From an uncultured bacterium (lineage in GTDB: Bacteria; JAGRBM01; JAHCIT01): a stretch of DNA of 64,000 bases. The translations under genes and the position numbers were made by a program. Below are positions 10,289 through 18,199 of the stretch, piece by piece. The notes under the pieces are model-generated. The model was not told the origin of the DNA. It made no database searches and saw only the letters and a program-made list of their open reading frames with translations. Positions within the stretch are counted from its first letter, which is position 1, and each line of letters starts with the position of its first letter. The stretch spans positions 430,618-494,617 of the forward strand of contig CAZMGV010000001.1 in the NCBI GenBank assembly GCA_964565925.1. The letters are read 5' to 3'.

Positions 10289-11770
10289 TCATAGCCGCCA
10301 GCGGAACCAGAGAACCAGCACCACGACACCGATAATGTCCATGACGAGCCCCGTCCGGAACATCCGTTTCAGGGGGACTTCACCGGTCGCATAGACCATC
10401 GCATTCAGCGGGGTCGATACCGGCAGCAGGAACCCCAGTGTACAGGCGGCCGTGGCGGCGAGCATGAGAGTCCCCGTGGGAACCGAAAACGCACCCGCAG
10501 CCGCCGCGATAATCGGCGCGATGATGTTGGCGGATGCCGTGTTGGAGGCGAACTCGCTCATCACGACTGCGAGCACCACCGCCGCCGCCAGAATCAGAAC
10601 GGTCGAATCCAGCGGGAGCCGGGAGAACGCCGCGCTGATCACGCCCGACAGGCCGCTCTTCTCGATCAGCACGCCGATACAGAGTCCGCCGCCGTATAGA
10701 AAAACCGTATTCCAGTCGAGCACGGCGAAATCGTCCGCGGTGAGTGCCGGTTCACCTTTCTTCTGGCCGCCGATCATGAACAACGGGAAGGCGAAAAATA
10801 CCGGCACAAACGGTTCGGCAAACAGCCGGTCCAGCATCGACGAAGCGCCCTCTCCCACGAGCTCAAGCGCCTGGATCGCCGGAGGGACAATCCAGCCCAG
10901 AATCGTGAGGGCGAGCATGGCGAGTGTCCACTTTTCATTCCGCCCCATGGGACCCAGCGCGTCCAGCTGCTCACGGGCAAACGACGGATCGAGCTTCAGG
11001 GTCCGGCATTCCTTCGCAATCTGCCGGTCGAGCCAGGCGCAACCGAGCAGCCAGATAACGATCGCCGGCGGCGATACCGCCGCGAACCAGTCGAAAAAGG
11101 TCACCTTCGCGCCGGTGATCCGTTCGAGCTGTCCGATCCCGATGAGGTTCGGGGGCGTGCCGACCGGTGTCATCAGGCCGCCGATGCTCGCCGAAAAAGC
11201 ACAGGTGAACGCCAGCGCAAACCCGAAGTCGCGGGTGGCGTCCTTCCCGGCGCCCGCACGCACCCGCGCGATGATGCTCATGGCGATGGGCAGCATCATG
11301 GCGCAGGTGGCCGTGTTAGACACCCACGCCGAGATGCCGAAGTTCACCGCCGACACGGCCCAGAAAACGAGCCGTGGCGAGTTCCCGATGGCCGGCAGCG
11401 ACAGTACGCTGTAGGCGATCCGGCGCGAGAGGCCATGTTTCTCGATCGCGTGCGCGATCAGGAAACTGCCGATGAACAGGATAATGATCTTGTCGGCCAG
11501 CGGGTTGAAGGCTTCCTTCATCGGGACGATACCGGCGGTGACAGCGACTGCCGTCCCGACAATCCCGGGGATAGCCAGCGGGACGGCCTCGGTCAGCCAG
11601 AGCATGATGACGGCGGCAAGGATCCCCAGCATCCGGGCGGCGCGGGGTTCCAGCGCGGACTGCGCCACAAGCCAGACCGCTATCCCTGAAAAAATCGAAA
11701 TGAGCACCCACAGGGGAGCCGCCGATCGGGGCGGATCCTCAGCATCAAGAATGAGTTTTACCTCGCTCAA
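10289..11770 (-). CDS. DASS (SLC13) family anion:Na+ symporter
   Basis: 493 aa polytopic protein with the duplicated SNTATCAMMLPI / SNTASANIIAPI motifs characteristic of divalent-anion sodium symporters. Confidence 0.7.
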   Translation of the reverse strand: MSEVKLILDAEDPPRSAAPLWVLISIFSGIAVWLVAQSALEPRAARMLGILAAVIMLWLTEAVPLAIPGIVGTAVAVTAGIVPMKEAFNPLADKIIILFIGSFLIAHAIEKHGLSRRIAYSVLSLPAIGNSPRLVFWAVSAVNFGISAWVSNTATCAMMLPIAMSIIARVRAGAGKDATRDFGFALAFTCAFSASIGGLMTPVGTPPNLIGIGQLERITGAKVTFFDWFAAVSPPAIVIWLLGCAWLDRQIAKECRTLKLDPSFAREQLDALGPMGRNEKWTLAMLALTILGWIVPPAIQALELVGEGASSMLDRLFAEPFVPVFFAFPLFMIGGQKKGEPALTADDFAVLDWNTVFLYGGGLCIGVLIEKSGLSGVISAAFSRLPLDSTVLILAAAVVLAVVMSEFASNTASANIIAPIIAAAAGAFSVPTGTLMLAATAACTLGFLLPVSTPLNAMVYATGEVPLKRMFRTGLVMDIIGVVVLVLWFRWRL

Positions 11771-11782
11771 TCGTTCGTCCGT

Positions 11783-13180
11783 TCAGGACCCGGATAATCC
11801 GGCCGCAGGCCCGCCCAGCCGCGTGACCGGTGCCGACGGTGCTGTCGGAGGAACCGGCGCCGGAACCGGCTGCGGAGGCGGCGTCTTCCGCAGACTGTCC
11901 TGATCGTCCTGGATGATCTGGAGCATCCATTCCCAGAGATTATTGGGCTCCGACGAACCGGCGCCTGGCGGAATCGGCGGGGCTTCGCCCTGCTGCCACT
12001 TGCGCATCGTCTCCGTAATCAGCGGTTCCTTGTCGATGTCGTCGTACGAGAAGATCACGACTCCGTCGGGGTCAGCCTTCCCGGCCGTATCCAGTTCCCG
12101 GTGGAGCGCCGCCCGGTCGGCGCCGATGTCCCACGCACCGAGACCGACCCACACCCGGGGACTGCCGCGTGACCGCTCCGGACGGGCGGCTACGGCGCTC
12201 TTGACGAGATAGCGGTAGAACCGCTCGTCACGCGAATAGCTCATGGAAACAACGAAGTTCACGGTGCCGTCTTCGAGCCAGCGCCGCCAGTCCTGAAACG
12301 ACGACAGGTACGCCCGGTCCGCCCAGGCGACCACGGCCGCCGACAGCTGCATCTTCTCCGGCAGCGTATCGCGGGTTTTCTTCACGAGCCCGTTCACCTG
12401 TTCCCGCCGCCAGACTGCGAAATCGCGGGCCACATCACCCGTGGTACCCTTGAACGGTACGTCCTTTTCTTTTTCCGCCTTGAACCGCTCGATGGCTGTC
12501 TCGCCGAATCCGAACTCAATTCCACGGGCGAGGTTAGGAGCCGGCTTCGTCGGAATCGCATACGGGTAGCGGACGAAATCCAGATGTACCCCGGCGAGCG
12601 ACGGATATCTGGTGGCCAGTTCACGGACCGCCTTCAGAACAAAGTCATTCGCCTCCGGCGACGAGGGGTCGAGCCACACGCCCGGCGTATCGAGTTCGGC
12701 CTCCAGCGCGTCCTTACCCTCGCCCAGATATGTCACGATGTTGCGGCCTTCGTTATCGCGTGTGATTGCCGTATCGGGCAGCATCGCCATCGCCCTGGCG
12801 GACGGCTTCGTGCCGAGGTTGTAGACATTCACCCACGCATGAACCCGGATACCTGCCGCGCCGGCCCGGGCGAGCAGTTCGCCCAGCGGATCCCGGGCCC
12901 CCGGAATCGCATGCTCAAATATGTCCGACGCCCACCATGCCCGGCCGCCGCGGAACACCTGAACGAACAGGTCTTTGGCCCCGGCCGCCCTGGCGCGGTC
13001 GAGCAGTGTGTCCAGTTTTTCGTCCGACTGCAGCGGCCGGCTGTCGCCCTCCGCCGGGACCCAGATTCCCAGCTTCGGCCTGGCCGATCCCAGCGCGCAG
13101 CCTCCGGTGACGGACAATGCGACGGCCAGCGACACGGCGGCCGCGAGTTGGCGTGTTTTCAAAGTAATCTTCCCCGGCAT
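11783..13180 (-). CDS. lipoprotein, glycoside-hydrolase-like family 10 (GHL10/DUF187-type)
   Basis: Signal peptide with lipobox (LSVTGGCA). Central (beta/alpha)8-like region resembling GHL10 proteins. Pro-rich C-terminal tail. Confidence 0.5.
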   Translation of the reverse strand: MPGKITLKTRQLAAAVSLAVALSVTGGCALGSARPKLGIWVPAEGDSRPLQSDEKLDTLLDRARAAGAKDLFVQVFRGGRAWWASDIFEHAIPGARDPLGELLARAGAAGIRVHAWVNVYNLGTKPSARAMAMLPDTAITRDNEGRNIVTYLGEGKDALEAELDTPGVWLDPSSPEANDFVLKAVRELATRYPSLAGVHLDFVRYPYAIPTKPAPNLARGIEFGFGETAIERFKAEKEKDVPFKGTTGDVARDFAVWRREQVNGLVKKTRDTLPEKMQLSAAVVAWADRAYLSSFQDWRRWLEDGTVNFVVSMSYSRDERFYRYLVKSAVAARPERSRGSPRVWVGLGAWDIGADRAALHRELDTAGKADPDGVVIFSYDDIDKEPLITETMRKWQQGEAPPIPPGAGSSEPNNLWEWMLQIIQDDQDSLRKTPPPQPVPAPVPPTAPSAPVTRLGGPAAGLSGS

Positions 13181-13188
13181 GTTGGTTC

Positions 13189-13806
13189 TCAGCTTGTGGG
13201 CTCGGTTTTGGACGGAGCGTTCAGCCAGTTGAGCAGCCTTGAAAACCGTCCCGAAAACCGCGGACCGGCGAAATCCTGCAGGGCGCCCATCGCCCCCTGG
13301 ATGGTCTCCAGCAGGTCGTTATCGCCCGCCCAGTGTTCCTTCAGGATCCCGTGGTCGATCCGGTTCACGATCCGGTCCACGACGAACAGGACGATCAGGA
13401 TGTCGTCGATGTAGCCGATCGGCCCGAGCAGCATCTCGGCCGCCAGATCGATCGGCAGGGCGAAGTAGGCGATGGCGCCGCCGATCAGCACCTTTTCCCG
13501 GAGCGCCACCCGCGAATCCATCATCAGCTTCACCAGCAGGTGCACGAAATCGGGCAATAGCAGGATCAGATCGGCGAGTTTGGGCGTGACGTTCTTGGCC
13601 CGGACCCAGTCGCGCAGCTGGGTACGCCAGCGGACATAGTAGTCCGCATCGGCGGTCGGGAAACGGGGCTTCTTTTCGTGATGCGGACCGGGCGGGGCGC
13701 CGTCGGCGCCTGCGTCCGCGCCATTACCCGTCACTTCACGGGCGGTAGTCGGGACGACCTTGTGGGTTCGCTTACGGGTGGACCCCGGTGATTTCTTTTC
13801 CGTCAC
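13189..13806 (-). CDS. DUF1232 (YkvA-like) membrane protein
   Basis: Low-complexity N-terminus, then a hydrophobic segment and the PIDLAAEMLLGPIGYIDDILIV-type motif seen in DUF1232 proteins. The 5' end may be shorter than the ORF. Confidence 0.45.
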   Translation of the reverse strand: MTEKKSPGSTRKRTHKVVPTTAREVTGNGADAGADGAPPGPHHEKKPRFPTADADYYVRWRTQLRDWVRAKNVTPKLADLILLLPDFVHLLVKLMMDSRVALREKVLIGGAIAYFALPIDLAAEMLLGPIGYIDDILIVLFVVDRIVNRIDHGILKEHWAGDNDLLETIQGAMGALQDFAGPRFSGRFSRLLNWLNAPSKTEPTS

Positions 13807-15025
13807 AATGAGCAGAGGCTATCCGGGCGGAGGGCTCCGGGTAAAGCGCCGCTTCACGTTCGAAACGGACGGCGGCGTCCTTCTGGCCCAGCTTCTTCAG
13901 GGTCCGGTAGTGGGACCTGACTGCGTCGGCAAACGTGGGGAATTCGGTGTAGGTCACGCCGAACTCTTCAGCGGTCTTTTTCACGATCGGCGCCAGGTTG
14001 CGGTAGTGGATGTGGCAGATGCGCGGAAACAGGTGATGCTCGATCTGGCAGTTCAGGCCGCCGGTGATCCACTGGGCCAGGAAACCGTCCACGGAGAAGT
14101 TCGCCGACGTGCGGCACTGGTGCGCGGCAAACGATTCGGCGATCCGGCCATCGGTAAGCGACGGATAGACGGTGCCCTCCACGAGGTGACCGAGCTGGAA
14201 GATGAACGCCAGCATGAACCCCGCCACGAGGTGCATCGCCACGAATCCGATGGCGACTTTCCAGAACGGGAGCCCGAGAAGGGCCATCGGCAGGCCGAAG
14301 ATCATCAGGTAGTAACCGATCTTGCCGCCGAACAGGATGGCGATCTCGGAGGCCGCGGGTTTCGGCTTCTCGTAGATCACCAGCTTGTCCTGGAACATGT
14401 GACGGAAATCCTTCTTCGTGACCCAGACGAGCGACGTCAGCGTATACAGGAACCAGGCGTAGACGTGCTGGTGCTGGTGGACGTCCCGGTGGGGAGCGTT
14501 CGGCCGGAACCGCATCAGGTCGGCCGGGTAGAGATCGCCGTCGGCCTCGGGGATATTCGTATACGTGTGGTGGACGACGTTATGCGAGATGCCCCAGTTG
14601 TAGGCGTTGGCGCCGATCAGTGTGAATGAATGCGCAAACAGGCGGTTCACCCAGGGAGTGCCCGACAGGCCGCCGTGGCTCGCATCGTGGCTGACATTGA
14701 ACCCGATTCCCGAGACGAAAAAACCCATGCAGATTGCCATGAGCAGCATGACCGGCTCACTGAACCATCCGGTGAGGATGAGCGCGAACAGGCCCAGATA
14801 GCCGCCCAGATAGAAAGCGACTTTCGCCATCATGAACGGGGTCCAGAACTTCGTCAGATGATTTTCCGCGAAATAGGCATCAACCCGCTGTTTTACAGCG
14901 GTCGCGAAATCACAGTCACTGGAACTGCCGAAACCAACCTTGACGGCCAAAAGAGGACTCGTTTCTGTTCCGCATCCAGGGGACTTGCTGGCGGGGGCAG
15001 CCTTCGTATTAACGAGGCGGGCCAA
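13772..15025 (-). CDS. membrane fatty-acid (acyl-lipid/acyl-CoA) desaturase
   Basis: Three His boxes (HDASH, HNVVHH and QIEHHLFP) with four hydrophobic spans. Non-ATG (TTG) start, so the precise 5' end is uncertain. Confidence 0.75.
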   Translation of the reverse strand: MARLVNTKAAPASKSPGCGTETSPLLAVKVGFGSSSDCDFATAVKQRVDAYFAENHLTKFWTPFMMAKVAFYLGGYLGLFALILTGWFSEPVMLLMAICMGFFVSGIGFNVSHDASHGGLSGTPWVNRLFAHSFTLIGANAYNWGISHNVVHHTYTNIPEADGDLYPADLMRFRPNAPHRDVHQHQHVYAWFLYTLTSLVWVTKKDFRHMFQDKLVIYEKPKPAASEIAILFGGKIGYYLMIFGLPMALLGLPFWKVAIGFVAMHLVAGFMLAFIFQLGHLVEGTVYPSLTDGRIAESFAAHQCRTSANFSVDGFLAQWITGGLNCQIEHHLFPRICHIHYRNLAPIVKKTAEEFGVTYTEFPTFADAVRSHYRTLKKLGQKDAAVRFEREAALYPEPSARIASAHCDGKEITGVHP

Positions 15026-15159
15026 TGCCGAACGGCCATGGTTTTAATGAGTTCAGAGGCCCGCCGCAAGCATTTAGAAGGCCTTCTACCGTCTTTTCAC
15101 AATGTGACCTGGGTCATTTAAATAGCTGAAATCAGGCGCTATTTCCGGCGAAAACCCGC

Positions 15160-16050
15160 CTAGACACCCTTGCCCCGGCGGACCAGCTCTTCCTGGAGCA
15201 TCCCCTCAAGCCGTTCTTTAATACTTGCCTGCACTTCCGCCAGCGCGTCCTCATCGTCCGCCTTCCAGGGCGGGAGGCGCACTTCGATAGGCTCGCCGAT
15301 CACGAACCGGAGTTTTACCGGCAGCGGCAGGGGGCCCAGCCCCAGGTAGAGCGGCATCTTGTATTTATCGCTACCAATCAGTTTCTGCAGATAGACGTTG
15401 TTGTCGAGCAGACTCACGTAGGCGTTATCGCCTCCGATGCTCGCCACCGGAACGATCGGTACGCCGGCGGCGATCGCGCACCGGATAAACCCGTACGACT
15501 TGTCCCAGTAGAGGGCATACCGGTCGCGGGTGGGCTTGAGCGCCTCGCGGGCGCCGCCCGGATACGACAGCACGAGATTGCCCTGCTTCAGGAGTTCGAT
15601 GGCGTTCTCCCGCTTGCCGTAGATCGCCCCGACCCGCTGCAGCCACTGGCGGTAGTACGGCATCCGGATCGCGTTCTTGTCCACGGTGGGCCGGATAAAA
15701 CGGCCGGTGACGTGGTAGACGCGCTCGAACAGGAACAGCGAGTCGAGCGCGAGTATCGCGTGGTTGGAGACCAGCACCGCGCCCTGCCCCTCGCCCGGCA
15801 GGTTTTCGGCGCCGGAGAGTTCCGGACGGAACCAGATCTTTGCGAACGGTTCGATCCGGTCGTACTGCTCGCGCGCGAACTCAGGGTCGAAGAGATCGAG
15901 CCGGTCGTCGTCGGCCTCGTTGAGCGGAGCGCCGACCATTTCGCTGAACTCGCGGATCTTGTCGTCCACGGACACGTCGGGAGACAGCAGCCGCTCGCCC
16001 GCCTTTTTCAGCTCCCGCCAGATGTCCCGTATGGGGTTGTCGTCGCTCAT
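15160..16050 (-). CDS. PlsC-like glycerolipid acyltransferase (lysophospholipid acyltransferase family)
   Basis: VLVSNHAILALD contains the H(X4)D acyltransferase motif. Downstream PGGARE-like motif. About 296 aa. Confidence 0.65.
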   Translation of the reverse strand: MSDDNPIRDIWRELKKAGERLLSPDVSVDDKIREFSEMVGAPLNEADDDRLDLFDPEFAREQYDRIEPFAKIWFRPELSGAENLPGEGQGAVLVSNHAILALDSLFLFERVYHVTGRFIRPTVDKNAIRMPYYRQWLQRVGAIYGKRENAIELLKQGNLVLSYPGGAREALKPTRDRYALYWDKSYGFIRCAIAAGVPIVPVASIGGDNAYVSLLDNNVYLQKLIGSDKYKMPLYLGLGPLPLPVKLRFVIGEPIEVRLPPWKADDEDALAEVQASIKERLEGMLQEELVRRGKGV

Positions 16051-16084
16051 GCTGCCTCAAGCTAGCACGCCTGCCGGGCCCGCC

Positions 16085-17233
16085 CTAGACGCCCCGTTCG
16101 GGCGGCGGTTCCGTTTCCACCGATTCGAAAAACACCTTGATGCCGAAGATGAGCGCGATCACGACGCAGGTACCGGCGCCAGCCAGCAGGAGGTCGCCGC
16201 CCGTCCAGCCGGCCGCGCGGACGATAAACCCGGTTACGAGCAGCGCCGCCCCGCCCGTGAGCGCGCGGATCGAGAGCACCGCCGCGGCCCCCGGAGACCC
16301 GGCTGCGCCGAACGCGTGGCCGAGCAGCAGCGGCAGCACGAAGCCCAGAATGATCCCGTGGTGAGCGGCGCGGCGGATGTCGTCGCCGCCTGTCTGCTGG
16401 TAGCGGTACAGGAGCACGGTCGAGGTCAGGAACAGGATGCCGATGGCCCAGGCGGTGAACTGCTCGGAGGACCTCCTGGGCAGAAGCGTGGCCAGATGCA
16501 GGAGGCTCAGGACGCCGAGCATCAGGGTCGGGACCGCGAGGTGGTCGGCCTGCCCGTAGAGGGAGAGCACGGCGCTCGAGACCGACGCCAGTACGGCCAG
16601 GATCAGTTCGAGAGCCGGCTGCCAGCCGAGTATGTGCCCCGGCTCGCCCGGCGACGGGAAGTGATCGACCGACAGGGCCGCCAGCAGCAGCCCGCCGAAC
16701 ACGCCGAGCATCGTGTGGGCGGATTTGTATTCGAACCGGAATCCGCCGTTCCACATGACGAGCGCCATCCAGGCAGCCCCCCCGAGGAGCAGCAGCGCAG
16801 CGGTGCCATGCATAAGCGCCCCGCTGTGGGGTCTCGGGCGGCCGGAGTCGGGCTTGAACCCGCCCGTGTGCATGAACGCCCGCCAGCAGAGCGCCCCGTA
16901 GAAGAGCAGCGCCAGCAGCAGGCACACAGGGCCGGCGGCGAGCAGTTCGTAGCGCCACAGAAGCCCCGCCGAGAACGCGGCCAGCGTGCCGTGCGTGAGG
17001 CCGAGCAGCGTAAACCCCGCCGCCCGCACCGGAAATACGCCGCCCATGCGTTCGGAAAACAGGCCCATCCAGAGATGCAGGATACCGCCGAGAATTGCCG
17101 CGTGGATGTGGAACTTTAGCGCGAAGTGAGGGACACCGTCCGCGCCCACGATGGCGATCGTGAAGCCGAGCATGGCCGCGGCGAGCAGCCAGAACAGTCC
17201 GACAGTGACAAACAGCCGTTCGGTCCGGGTCAT
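16085..17233 (-). CDS. polytopic integral membrane protein, function unknown
   Basis: About 12 predicted hydrophobic spans with many conserved His. Positioned within the lipid-enzyme gene string. No confident family assignment. Confidence 0.45.
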   Translation of the reverse strand: MTRTERLFVTVGLFWLLAAAMLGFTIAIVGADGVPHFALKFHIHAAILGGILHLWMGLFSERMGGVFPVRAAGFTLLGLTHGTLAAFSAGLLWRYELLAAGPVCLLLALLFYGALCWRAFMHTGGFKPDSGRPRPHSGALMHGTAALLLLGGAAWMALVMWNGGFRFEYKSAHTMLGVFGGLLLAALSVDHFPSPGEPGHILGWQPALELILAVLASVSSAVLSLYGQADHLAVPTLMLGVLSLLHLATLLPRRSSEQFTAWAIGILFLTSTVLLYRYQQTGGDDIRRAAHHGIILGFVLPLLLGHAFGAAGSPGAAAVLSIRALTGGAALLVTGFIVRAAGWTGGDLLLAGAGTCVVIALIFGIKVFFESVETEPPPERGV

Positions 17234-17239
17234 GGATGC

Positions 17240-17884
17240 TCAGGCCTTCCTCATGCCCACGGTGACGGAGGCCAGTTCCTGTTTCCAGAGCAGGTCGACG
17301 TTGGAGAGCGAGACCGCCTCCAGGCATTTGCGGATGTGCTCGGCCGCCATCCGGGGATTTCTCCCCTTCTGCCGGTCGGGGACTGACGGAGCCGGACTCA
17401 AAGATACCGACTGGCGGTATTCGCCCAGGCGCCGCACGTAGTCGGCTTCCAGCTCCTTCGACGACGCCGCCAGTTCCGTTCCCCAGAACAGCATCCCCCC
17501 CTCGCGCAGTTTCGCGGAGAGGCGGCCGATCAGCAGCAGCGGCATGTCGGCCGTGGCGCTGTCGGCGACAAACGGCGCCCAGATCACGTGGAACCCGCCC
17601 GGAAGTTTCGTCTCCCAGGCGCCGGAGAACCACTCGGCCCGGATGAACCGCACGCGCCCGGCGATGGCGGCCGTGGCGGCGCGAGCCGCCTGCTCCGACG
17701 GTTCGTCGCGGCAGAACACAATGAACCGGGCGTTCGGGCGAAGCCGCGCGAACTCGGGCGCCCAGAGGGGCCCCAGACCGTTCTCGAACAGTTCCAGCAC
17801 AAGCACCGGCTCATCCCCCGAATAGGGAAAGTGCGAGACGATCAGTTCGGGGGTGAGACCCGGATACGGGGATTTGAAGTCCAA
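17240..17884 (-). CDS. hypothetical protein (weak Rossmann/methyltransferase-like pattern)
   Basis: 6-nt gap to the downstream membrane gene. VLVLELFENGLG and RFIVFCRD faintly resemble MTase motifs I/II. Assignment is weak. Confidence 0.4.
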   Translation of the reverse strand: MDFKSPYPGLTPELIVSHFPYSGDEPVLVLELFENGLGPLWAPEFARLRPNARFIVFCRDEPSEQAARAATAAIAGRVRFIRAEWFSGAWETKLPGGFHVIWAPFVADSATADMPLLLIGRLSAKLREGGMLFWGTELAASSKELEADYVRRLGEYRQSVSLSPAPSVPDRQKGRNPRMAAEHIRKCLEAVSLSNVDLLWKQELASVTVGMRKA

Positions 17885-17917
17885 CAGGGAGCCGCCTGTG
17901 CGTTCGTTCAGCGCCGG

Positions 17918-18199
17918 TTAGTGATAAGTGAAGCCGGGGCGCATCTTCGGTTTCGAGTCGCCCAGCAGCGCGTCCAGCAGAATGACCGCCGCCGCGCCGA
18001 AAATCGCCGCCGCGAGCAGCCCCAGGACCGCGATTCCCGCCGTCGCAAAGAGCAGCGGCGCGGCCACCGCGATCTGCGCCGGCTCCATCCGCCGGAGCCG
18101 TTCCCACAGGTCCGCCAGCGTCCGCCCCTCGGTCTCGCCGCCGGGGTTCTGGTCGGGGTCCGGCATCATGCCATTCAGGATCTCGTCGAAACGGGACAT
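17918..18199 (-). CDS. small membrane protein (93 aa)
   Basis: One long hydrophobic helix (IAVAAPLLFATAGIAVLGLLAAAIFGAAAVILL). First gene after the long ORF-free region. Confidence 0.35.
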   Translation of the reverse strand: MSRFDEILNGMMPDPDQNPGGETEGRTLADLWERLRRMEPAQIAVAAPLLFATAGIAVLGLLAAAIFGAAAVILLDALLGDSKPKMRPGFTYH

